A program made the position numbers and the translations under genes. Below are positions 37,801-49,499 of a DNA stretch of 64,000 bases, piece after piece. This DNA is from Yuukianura sp. NJ FZ-2021 (taxonomy: Eukaryota): the NCBI GenBank assembly GCA_046563655.1, contig CM102289.1, positions 3,782,001-3,846,000 on the forward strand. Reading direction: 5' to 3'. How positions within the stretch are numbered: position 1 is the first letter of the stretch; every line of letters starts with the position of its first letter. Below the pieces are notes generated by a model that saw only the letters and a program-made list of their open reading frames with translations, was not told the DNA's origin and searched no databases.

Positions 37801-40800
37801 TCCGGGAAGACGTTGTGAAGATTTCAAATGTTCAACAGTGACGTCAGATTTGAAATGGAGCGGAGCGTGGAATCCTGACGTCACCGTTGAACTACTTTAC
37901 CAAAACACGGAAACCATTGTATTCTAGAATCTTCTCTAGCTTGGAAGGTACTAGAAGTCAAAGCAAATTGTCGGGAAACCACAGTGACAACAACAACATG
38001 ATTACAAAACATTATTCTTCACTTTGAAACAGCAAATCCAGAAAGATCATGAAGATAAAAGAAATAAAGAAAGCAAATCCTGTCACTTGTAAAATGCATG
38101 AGGAAGCGTCGCGTATGAGCGAATTCTTTGAAAGGTGAGTCAAAAGACTTCCATCTCGGCTTAAAACGTCTACTTTTCTTCGTAACATATATAACAAGGA
38201 AACACAAACTATTTCAATCGTAGAAAGTATAAGACTTCTCTCAAATTGAAACCAAGTTTAACATTTAAAAAAAGAAAAAGTAAAAATTTAGCATCTTTTT
38301 GGAGCAGTTTAAGTTGCGAATTACACTGAAGAAGTAGAGGTGAAAGTCAGCCATTGTGGACGTGCTGGGGAAAGTGCGTAAGTAAAAGGGCAAAGGCCAT
38401 TATCTACGCAATGCCTACGCATTGCTTGAACTCTGATATTTCTCTATGAACGCCTAACCTTTTTCCCAGTGAAATATAGCACACGCAAAGGAAGCCTGAA
38501 TGAATCCACTTTCCAAAAGTTGAATGACACTCGCACACGCAGGATACGCACTCGGCGCAGAGGTCCTTGCCCTCATACACGTGCGTAAATGCGTGCAACG
38601 TCTGCGGACCTAGCTCAGCTCCCTGGTGAAAATTTTTTCTGAATCATTCCGAAGTAGGGAAAGCCGAAGGGGAAAGGATGACGAAAGTGGAATTTTTCGG
38701 AGGTTTCCTTCACCTAAATTTAGAGCAGGGCTGAGGCCTATCTATTTATAGAACGTCTTCGACCCTCATCTTTCACTATTTCAAATGTCAGAGGTTACCT
38801 ATATCCCAAAGAACTTGATGACTTTAACAGTAGGATCCTTGTTGAACATCACTATAATGTGCTGCAAGGACACTTTGAGTAATTAGTTTCTAAAGCGCTT
38901 GAGGTTGCTGGGAAATGAGGTACTAGGAGAAGGAAATTAAGCGAGAAGATTGTAGGTTAATTAAGTGAAAGTGAAGGTGAAGTGATAGAGAGATGTGACG
39001 CTGTCGCGGAAATGTCATTTAATTTGCGCCGTTCTGCTGAAGGTTAGGATGTTGGATTCCTATGAACAACAGTTTTAGGCTTAAGGCAGAAAGCGGGAAT
39101 TTTCGTGCTTGGAGGAATTTTTTTTCTCCCAAAAGTTAGCCTTTGGTACAAAAATAGAAATCAATCTCTGGGAAGATGATATTTTAAGTTCAAATATTAG
39201 ATTTATCCCATCCTTATTACTGGCCCGACATAAGGGAAAGACTGTATTACGTCACATTTTTCCAAAGTTTTTCTTTATCAAAAGAAAATCAGGTGCCCAC
39301 TTCTTGCTTTTTCAGAAGACGAGGGAGGAAAATAAAGTGATCGTGTAAAGAACACTGATCAGTATTCTGAAGTAACGCCGGAAATTGTTTTTGACAAAAA
39401 TTGAAACGTTATTTTTTACTTTTTGGGGCAATTTAAAAATATTCAATCAGATTTGGGCAATGCACACTAGAGATAATAAAAAGCGTTGCAAAAGTATGGA
39501 TGAAAGTTGAGTGAAAGTCAAGTTGTAAAAGTCATATTATTTTAAGAAAATACTCCAAATTGAGTTCTTCGACACAGCCAACTAATTTACCATACAACAA
39601 ATGAAACTGCTAGACAAATTCCGTAGAATGGTGAAAGTGAAAAGAGAAAGTTTAGATAAAGTGATGGAATGTGGGACTTATGACAACCGTATAACTGTCC
39701 AAATGAATTAAAACAAATTAAAACCTTTATTTAAAACCAAATTAAAACAAATTAATATTGGGTACCCTACCGTCAGGAAAAGAACTCTACGAAATTTATA
39801 TGATTTAAAAATTTTTTCAATACGTCTTTAAATACCTCAACCTGCCTCTGGCAGGTGTAAGTTTTTTCAGTTCTGTTATGTTAAATAAATTTATAATAAA
39901 AATATAAAGAAAAATTAAAACCTAACCCCTTACAAGCATTTCAAAGTTTCAACGACAACGCAACGCAGTAATACCAACACCAGCGTTCGGATGGTTCCGA
40001 CGGAAAATGTCAAAAAAAAACTTCTTGGGATTTTCAAATCCCCTGCTCCTGATTTTTAAATTGCAGCAGATACTATAGAAAAAATTCATGCAGGTATCAT
40101 GTTTGAATTCTTATCCCTAGTTTAAAAATTTCGGAAAGCGTCAAATGTGCGATTCGCTACAAAGAATAACCCACGCCAATTCGAAACATACAGAGCAGAT
40201 TGGTTGCGCATTTTTTGATTGAAGAATTGGCAAAATGAAGGACGTCTTTGGAGAACTCCAGGGATGAAATCGAAATGATGAAAACGATCTTTTTAAGCTT
40301 TGAAGAGATTCAAGTTCCTCGCCTTTTGTTAGAAACCGAAACCGTGCTTAATGTAACGACGATGGAATGAAGCGTGGATCCTTCAAGCATTCGATAATAA
40401 TGGTTGAAATTCCGCTAAAATAACATAGGTTTTCCGAAATTAGGTTGAAGGTACATGCAGTAAAAGTGGCAGCATTTTTTCATACGGTGATGCCTAAGAC
40501 TATTATTTTTATCTATCGCTTGAACAGAGCTGGGCATCGTGATTTCCAACCCTGACCTAACACCACAACGGACAATTCATCAATGACACCTTGAATTATC
40601 AACACCTTAAATGAGACTGTATTCTTTAAAAATTATGTGATAATATCATAAATCTACGTACATTTTTTGGAGGTGGGAAGAAGATGTTAGCAGCAGTGCT
40701 TCGTCCTGCTGCTGGAGGAGTAGGCGTGGTCCCCCTTGCCATGCCTGAGAACAGTCCAGAATGTCCATCTTCATCTTCGGATGCGCTTTGAGTTCGTCTC

Positions 40801-41761
40801 AGGAACCGAGGAATTTTCCAATCTCGCTTTTTCCCTGAAAAGTATAAAATTACAATTTAAGTTTTTTAGAAAAAAAGGCTTGGAAATCTATTTAAGAAAC
40901 TGATGTATGATTCGTAGTACCTGGACATGGGGATGTAGGAGGAAATGGCTTGATTTCTCCTAGCTCCATTTCTTCCACTGCAAAGCTCAAAGACCGGGCT
41001 GATGTGATCGGTGGGTGAGAAGTCTCCATCTTTCCTGTGCGTTCCGAATTCACTTCAATTTCCTGTTCAGGAAAGCACGATTTTTCCTCTTTCTCCAGCG
41101 TTCGCTATTTTATTCCACAAAAGAAAAGAGAAAAATTAGAAAGCGGCGGCTGTATGTCCAAATTACGCTTACGTGAAATCTTTGATATTTCAAACGTAAC
41201 ATCAAATTACATATATGTGAATCAAACGGAAAAAATAATACATTCTAGTAATTACTAAAGTTCGGAAAGCAACAATAATAACTTTCTTTTTTTTGTGAAA
41301 ATTTGTGATTAGCGTTTGCGTCATGTTACGCACTTTAATTTAGAGATTGTTACTTTTGGTTGAAAGTATTCACAAATAATATTTTCTTTTGCTGAAGTAC
41401 TAGTATAGAACCTAATTTAATTTAATAGACTTGAAAAAATTAATGTTAGTTACAACGCACGAAGAGTTCTGTCTCCATTTGTGTACAATAAGAACAACTG
41501 GCATTCTTCCTGTATTACTAGTTCTTCAGACATCATGTTACTGTGAAAATAGTATGATATTACAGCCACGTTAACCAGTTAAACTATATAACAACAAAGG
41601 CAGTGATCACAGCATTTTACCTTTAACTGCGACGTCAGCTCGTCAATTTTGGAGTCGAAAATGAATGTCTCCGGAAGAGTAGGAGAGAAATGTTCTGGGC
41701 TATTTCCAGTGGCCATTTCTTTCTGTTGCTGGTCAGTTCCGTCGTGAAATTGGACTTTCAT
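34842..41761 (-). CDS. Regulator of G-protein signalling (RGS box, R4/RGS3-like). Exons 41761(or 41875)-41621, 41104-40921, 40834-40662, 37252-37116, 35610-35471, 35377-35214, 35129-34842; alternative first exon 36455-36259
   Basis: RGS domain [48 protein letters not shown]...SPREVNLDSATR...FDQAQKKIQGILEADAYIRFLQSDLY. Upstream exons join in phase. The exact 5' start is uncertain. Confidence 0.88.
37830..37892. other. Near-perfect 18-bp-stem hairpin containing two CRE (TGACGTCA) sites, in an RGS intron
   Basis: gttcaacagtgacgtcag (37830-37847) versus ctgacgtcaccgttgaac (37875-37892): 17/18 complementary. The single mismatch becomes a G:U pair on the minus strand. Confidence 0.8.
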
Positions 41762-44700
41762 TTCTAGCGTAAATCGAATGTTCCATTTACACCGCCAATT
41801 TCGGAATAGAAATTGGTTCCTTCCTGTCTCGTCTGCTTCAGCCAAAACGTTACTGAATTTGTCACAAAAATGGCCCTGGGAGAAAAAAAGAACAAAGATT
41901 GAACTTTAACCTCTGCTGTCGCCCCTCATAAAAACTTGTGTTACTCCTTTGTGAACTGACAAAGGAACACACGTTGTGTGAATAATGGAAGATCAATATC
42001 AAGAAAGCAAAGGTAAACAATATGGCTTCGAAATGGGGCAATTCCACTTCCCACAGGTATCTACTCCCGGTAACTGGCATCGGCATTATAATAGTACTCT
42101 TGTAGGAAAGTCCTGTGTTGGCACATTGAGCAACTCTATTGTACCTGAGGTACGTACATCCTAGGAGACGACGAGACGAGGCTTTCTCCTTGTTCTTAAG
42201 TATCACGTCGGGTCAAGGGAAAGCTTTTTATATTAGGATTTTATAGGCTTAAAGAGTTTTCTAAAACGAAAAGCAAGCAAGGCTTGCATATAGGGACAGG
42301 AAATTGCCGAATCATTGATTTGGTCTATCCATATCGTTTTTTTAATTTGACTTTAAAAACAATTAAACTACTAATAACTTGACATCAACACGAACATCAA
42401 AAGTATTTCCAAAGTTGTGCCGCCCTGCATGAAATGAGCTTATGAGGTTTTTACTAAATTGCATTGGATTCGTTACTACAAAAAAAAACAGAAAGGAAAT
42501 TTTTTTGGAAAGTAAGTTCTCCAGAAACTTTCTCCAAACCAATTGGATTCAAACCAAAAAGTGAACAATCTTTTCAATAAAAATAACACACTTTCCTTGA
42601 TCCTAATGGCGAAACACGGAATCCGTAAGTTGGGAATAAAAATAGAATTAATTAAATGCTGAGACTGCTATCGAGATCAAGTGACTCCAAAACTTTATTG
42701 CGCTTGCTCATAAAATGAATATCCTTTAAGTTCGCGCACGGATTCAGTTTCTAGTCACGGAATTACAGAGACGCGTTTGCGGAACTTTTTGTAATTAAAT
42801 TTCGACCAAAAAAATACTCTACTGTTCATCTCCAACCGTAGCAAGTGAAACGGCTAAAAAAATGTGATCAAAAATGAAACGACCAAAAATGAAAAGACCA
42901 GAATTCAAAAGACCTTTAGGTTAAGCTAGGTGAGTTTTATTTTTCTTTTTGGCTTTTCTTTCTAGCTATTTCATTTTTGGCCAAATTACATTGAACCTTT
43001 CCAACTCACTCAACTTAAAATATTAAAGCCTGATTCCCACTTAATGAAAAATACTATGGATTGACGCTAAAAACTTATACACAGGAATGGTATTTTGAAC
43101 CCTTGTTAGGGAATCTTTCACAGAGAATTAGTGAAAGCAAGACATTATATATGTAGGCAAATGCGAGCTTGTCAAGTGGCGAGTATATTAAAAATAATCT
43201 TGCTATGGCACACAGTTTTTATGAATAAATTAAATTCTATAAAGATATATTACAAATAACACAGTTTATGTTTACTACATTTGCTGCAGACGGAGAAAGT
43301 ATATCTGAAACCTTATTCATAGATTTGAGCGTGTACAACACAAACAAGTGGTTTGGAACCTTTCTTACCTGTGGTTCACTTCCGTACTTGTTGGTTTCGT
43401 AGAAAGTGGAAGAAGGTTGTTGGAGTTACAAGACAATCATTGAAATGTGGAACATTTGAAAGAGAATTCGAAAATCCTACTAATGTTAGGCAGCTCAGCA
43501 GCTGGAGAAGATGCAGCAGTGCCGAAGTAGAAGTAGTTAAAGTGGAACTCTGAAAATGGGTGTTTGCCTATAAGGCGTTTGCCAAAATCCACTCGTTGAT
43601 ATTTTTAGAACCCGAAATATCGGAGAAAGGAACCACCACCATGAGCACCAAAAGTTGGGAAGGACAAGGGCTGCGCGCTAGAAGCTGAACCCTACATAGC
43701 TCAAGGTCACCAGTGAAGAGAATCAAAAATTGCTTTCATGAAACTCCCATTTCCCTGGTCCAAGGCACCCACCAAGCCACCAACCAAGGAATCGGAAATG
43801 GCTAAAGTTTTTTTTTTCGAAAAGAAATAAGCTTCCTGCTTCAACAAACAATTTTCTTTATAAGCGCTCAACTCAAGAGTAAACGGCAGGGGATGAACAC
43901 TTCAGGGACCTGGCAGTGATTTGTGATGAACCAGTCCTTAAATGACTAGGGAGGCAACGATCAGATCGATTTTGTAATCAATTTTTCAGGAAATTGGAAA
44001 TCTGAATTCAAAGTCTCATATAGTAAAACACAATCAGGTTACTTTTACATAAAACATGAGTGAAATGTTACATTTTTAAAATGTTGCGTCACAAAATTGT
44101 GGACACTTCAATTTTAGTTTAATTTTGGCGACTTTCTCGTCCGGCGATTGTTGCCGCTGCTTTCTCTTTCTCCAAGCTACGAAAACTCCTACCCTCCGGC
44201 ACTAACTTAACTCCTCCTACATTGCAAAGCTTAATACTCACAAAAGTAAAGCAAGCCTGATTGAAGTAATACCCTGAAATTATATTCTGAACTATGAAAG
44301 CTAGACTTTCTCTTCAAGCTTCAAGGTGCTAAGCGACGTTAATTTCAGTCATCAACTTAGAAATTTGTACTAAACTTTTACACATCCTTGAAACTTTATA
44401 GTCGCTCTGCAGTAATTGCAGAGAAGAGTAAAGAAAGTTTAATTAAAATTCAAATTTGTGTCAAATCTTGAAATACCCAGAAAATTACTGTTGCACCATT
44501 CCAAAGTCAAATCGTACAAGGATACATGTTACTCATAATGTTACGAACGCTAAGACATTATTAAATGTCAGTCCAATACTCAACAAATTAGGCTAGCAGT
44601 TTAACGAAGTGTAAATTTCGATTGAACATTTGGGACGTGGCTTTCTCTCCAATCTCCAATTTATTGATTCTACGAACCTAACTCAGCCATGTTACTGGAA

Positions 44701-47118
44701 CAGTTTTCCTCATAGATTTGGAATAATTTAACCGCAAAGCTATAATGAAAATCAACTCGTTTTAGTTACTACAAGTATTGCCGTAGATTGGCGTCCGACG
44801 TACGAAAATCTGATAACCAGTGCAAAAAACACAGGCGCGTGGCTGTCATTAGCAGGTTTGGGAAAACAAGGACTAACAATAAAACCGAGAAATGCCAGAA
44901 ATGACACGTTAAAAAAATCAACTCGAGCTCAGTCAAGTGATATTGTACCAACTCTAGGGTGGCATTGGAACATATCGACTCTGAAATCTTTGATAATTAT
45001 GTTGGCACGCAATTAAGAAATTTGACAACATTCGCGTGTTTGGCACTAACCATATTCGTGTAGCCATGGTATGATGTAAACTTAAGCTAGAGATAAGCGA
45101 ACGCAACGACGTTTTGTTCATTGTAGAGCTTGGCATAACAAAAATGAATCTTGGAATTCCACAATCCCCATGCCCGTAGATATATTTTAGAAGTATCAAG
45201 TATGCGGTGATTGTTTTAATTTTTTTCATTGATAAAATCCGCAAAAAATCGATTTGAAAAGGTCATGGTTGTTCTGTCCGTTCCAGTTCCATATTTTATG
45301 CATTTCGAACTTTTTTTTTTTCTTGAAAATAGCACTTCGCCGTCCGTCTCTCCTAATAAAATTTGAGAGTACAATCGGAAGCAAAAATAATTTTTTTTCG
45401 TAATTTTGCTGAAACGTAAACAAATTTAATACGCTCCTGCCTCTCTTATTCTATCAAAAGAAATTTCATCATATATAAATTTAAATATAATTTGGGACGA
45501 ACATCGTAAACAGAAAATTTTGTATAGAGTTTACATTTGAGTTCGAGGTCGGTAAAATAATCAATTTACCTTGATTTGACAAGCTTACTTTTCCCACAGC
45601 GGGAGATTGTCAGGAATATAACTTACTCATTCAAATTACAACAATTTTCGGACTAATTTTGTATGTGGTATTTCACTTTTCAAACGTAAAACTGACAGAC
45701 TGACAGTTCAAGGAAGCTTGCTCAAACCCTGAACTGCGGTTTAATGAAGGGCATGTACTATGTGGTTTAAGGTTTGGTGAAGGTCAATAGAGCACTGGGA
45801 CTTAGAAGGATATGTGTTTACTATTTCGTTTGTTATTTCTCACTAGAGAAAAGTAAGTAAAAGTAGTAAGACCGTTAGCAAGTAATAAAATATTATATTA
45901 ATATCTTTCTTCAATAATTTATAAATCGTTTTTCACTGTACGGTTTTTAGTCTACACAAACTCAACGCATGAACTTAGGAAAATTAGATAGGATAGCAAA
46001 TTCAGAAGCGGTGAGAAATGTCCGCAATCTTCAATCGTTAGGATGAATTCTTTTGGGAAACAAATTTTAGAATACTTTACAACGCTAAAATTTATTAAAT
46101 TTTATACATAACAACTTCAGTTGAACAAATTTTTATAGCGTGGCCTTTAAAAGGTCGTCATTACTTAGACGAGACCTTGTATTTGAAATCCAATTATACG
46201 CAGTTGGAAGCTAATATCTGAGCTTGACACTCAAACTTTCGCAGCTAATTACATTTATGCGGTTTTCCGTAACCAGAAGAGATTTTTCTTTGATACGCCG
46301 TTTTATGGCGGCATTAGGTTATTAATAAGCGTCACATCAACGTCAACCGTACTTTTGGAAAACTGTATTACAATATAATTGTAGTAATATATTCACTTTA
46401 TTCTGTTTTGAATTCTGTAAATGCTTGTCTATTAACACATGATTGTCAGTCGGAAAAGTGCAAATAAAAATACATTGTTAAATAAAAGAATGTTGTAGGT
46501 TAGGTTAACAATAATAATCTTCACAATTTTCATGTTTGGTAGCAAACTGCAGTTTCATCAGTGCTTTCTTGATGATGCTAAACCTCCATTTCACCATATC
46601 AGGCAACACAGTTGTTCTTAAATACTTTATAAAGTAATGTAAATTACGGGCTAAAGACGTACGATTAACTTGCATTATTTTATTGTTGATCTTAATCATC
46701 AGCATCATTTTTAGAAAATTTATTTAAATGTTAATTTTAATCGAAAACCAAACAAAAATTAAGAATGCTTGCATTGCTTGAAATGTAAACGGATTATCAA
46801 AAATACAATTTCAAACCAGACTTTTACAGTGGAAAGTTTTAACAATGTTGACGTCAATGGATTATGCATTTTAAGGTGTCATACGAGGTTTTTATGTAAT
46901 TTTGGGAAGCATGGAAAATATAATTTTAGCGACAGACAGATCAGCTTAAATTAAAAATTCAAATTTTGACAGAATTAAAAATGAAATGCAGTTTTGCACA
47001 AAAAAGATTTCCAGCCACGTCAGGAAAATTGTCCCTTAAATAGACCTGAAGCAAACAACGAGAATCGTGAGTTTCTGAATTTCAAAATTATTTGCAAAAA
47101 CGGCATTATTTTCCAAAA

Positions 47119-47645
47119 ATGAACCCTTTACTGATTTTGGGAGCCCTTGTGTGTTTTGCTGCATCGGCTGCTGGTGCAGCAGCTCCAGCAACGTTGTGCT
47201 TTGAAGAACACAATGAAGAGCGGAGGAAGAACGGAACCGTGAAGCCATTGACATGGGATGCAAAAGTAATCAAAAATTTCTCAATCTTTTGTTGATTCCA
47301 AAAAAATTGTTGCAGCTACTTAAGTATTGCCGTTTTTAGTTGGCAAAGGCGGCACAATTCCATACCGACATAATGGTGAACACTCCATGCTACAGTCACC
47401 AGTGCACCGAAGTCAATGAACCGGCTGTCGGTGATCGAGTAACGGCAGCAGGCTATCAGTGGCACAGATTTGGGGAAAATGTCAACTGGAAACAGGCGAA
47501 CTGCGCAGACGTAATGAAAAGTTGGATGAATTCACCTGGACACAGATCAAATATTCTGAAGCCGGAGTTTACCAACGTCGGTTGCGCTAATGGTGGAGAT
47601 CCGAACAGTCTCAAATGGACTTGTGTGTTTGGAACACCGTGGTAG
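47119..47645 (+). CDS. Secreted CAP/SCP-domain protein of bacterial (YkwD-like) type, 150 aa, 2 exons (47119-47265, 47340-47645)
   Basis: Signal peptide MNPLLILGALVCFAASAAG; 74-nt GT..AG intron at phase 0; motifs PLTWDAKLAKAAQFH, YSH, RVTAAGYQWHRFGENV, VMKSWMNSPGHRSNILKPEFTNVG, WTCVFG. Confidence 0.9.
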
Positions 47646-48341
47646 CTCAATGCGTTTTTTTCCCACAGCTTTAGAAATGACAATTTTCGTCAAAATTAAA
47701 ATTGTTTTCGAAGCTTAAATTTAAATTGGCATTACCCTTGCAGTAAATTGTGTTCAATTTTCTTTTCCTGCATTTGTGAAGAAGTTTAAGCTTTACGTGT
47801 AAATTAATTTTGACTTGCAAAGTGACGGAGAGGCAACCATGTTGCCGCATTGACAATCCTGGGCGACGGTGCTTATATTCGGGAAGTCACTTTTGGGGAC
47901 ACAATGGAAGATTTTACGAACGAACTTTTCTTCAAGCCTAATCTTACAGCAAATTGACTTGAATTGAAATTTGTATTTTCATAAAAGAATATAAAAATGC
48001 ATCACTGGGTTGGATTACTAGTAGAATTGAGTGCGTACAAGACAGACATTAGAGTGGATTCCATTGGGGTTTGGTGACAAATTTATTATGTTTGAGATTC
48101 TCTTATCGAACTCCATTTGTTAATATATTACAATCACAAGTTAATGTCAAAGTGATAAGTGGATATAGCGGCCATTTTGCTGCAGCATTCAGAATGCTAC
48201 AATTAGCTGTTAAAAATAAATATAACGCACATTCTCGTTAAATGTAGGGAGGTAGATTCAACGCTTTTTGTGAGACGGCCCATAGAATGCTACAGTTCAG
48301 TTCAGGTGCATACTTACACAACATATTTTTTTAAAATGTAA

Positions 48342-48563
48342 CCCAGCGCGAGATTTTGAACACGTCTGTGTGGGTAGAGTTGTTAAATTATTTTTGGATA
48401 CAATGCAAATGGAGATCGGAACAGAGTCAATCCAGGATTGACAGTGCGGCATTCCATTACACAGCTAAATTAGTAAAAAATTAACAAACACAAATTCGTC
48501 AAATTTTCTTAAGTGCATTGTAGTGCAATTTTTTGAAATGCGTGTTCAAAATCTCGTAGTGGG
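48342..48563. mobile_element. Degenerate TIR-bounded MITE-like element
   Basis: cccagcgcgagattttgaacacg (48342-48364) versus cgtgttcaaaatctcgtagtggg (48541-48563): 16-bp perfect core, 20/23 overall. CCC..GGG ends are flanked by gtaa and ttga, each one change from TTAA. Confidence 0.55.
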
Positions 48564-49499
48564 TTGAAACAAACATTTCATCGCAAATGAATATGCTACT
48601 TACTTTACCGAGAACGTCGACCGATTGCATTATTCCTAAGCAGTTATGATTATATTACTATTTAACCTAACTTAAAACAGTACGCATGCTAACACAGCAT
48701 AGCAGGCGACACCACTAACATTGCTTAAAGTTGCAATGCAACAAACCTTTTTCACACACATATTTATAAGCTTATTTTAGTTCAAAACTACATTTTTATA
48801 ATAACTATGTATAGCACAATTTGTTTTTTTTGGAACTTAAGAATAAAATTTTACACGTTAGCGCATGGATACATTGCTAAACCCTACAATAACAGTGTCA
48901 TAAAATGTTAAGTGATGCTTTAAATACAATTGAACAATGCCAGGGGGAATGGAAATGTGAAATTGACTAGCTGCTTTCTGTGGGGCAGTTAAGTTCTAAG
49001 CATGTAATTCACTGAAAAAGAAAACAAGTTTGTAGTTTACCTAAACTGGACAGGCTATTTGCAAGGACAATTTCTGTATGAGGCCAAAAAGTGGAATGTG
49101 AATTACGTTCAGCAAGAAAGTAGGCGTTTTAAGTTATTTTAACATTATTTAGTAGATTAGTAGCAGCTTTTTTCACAACCAACCATAAAGTAATTAGCAG
49201 CACTCAATGAGAATCTTCGGCATTTCATCAAAAATATACTTGGTGAAACATTGCGTAAAGCCACAAATAACCACAGTTTATCACTTCATTCTTGCCTCCT
49301 AAGACCAGCATACCATTGCCTATTCAATATTTCAAGGAAGATATAACTTTTTGTATGTCAGGAAGTTTGCAGTGAGTATTTTTTGGATTAGTTAAATTTT
49401 TCCGGACTTTCCGCCTGAATCATAACACAATGGCTCCTTGGAGTGTGGAGAAATTTCAGTTTGTAACTTTTTCGGTCAGACAAGATTTTAAACAAAACA

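Noticed and set aside
47119..47645. Bacterial contamination as the explanation for the CAP gene
   Set aside because: It contains a phase-consistent spliceosomal intron, has host-like AT-rich flanks and has no neighbouring bacterial genes.
47456..47683. 75-aa minus-strand ORF
   Set aside because: Antisense shadow of the CAP gene.
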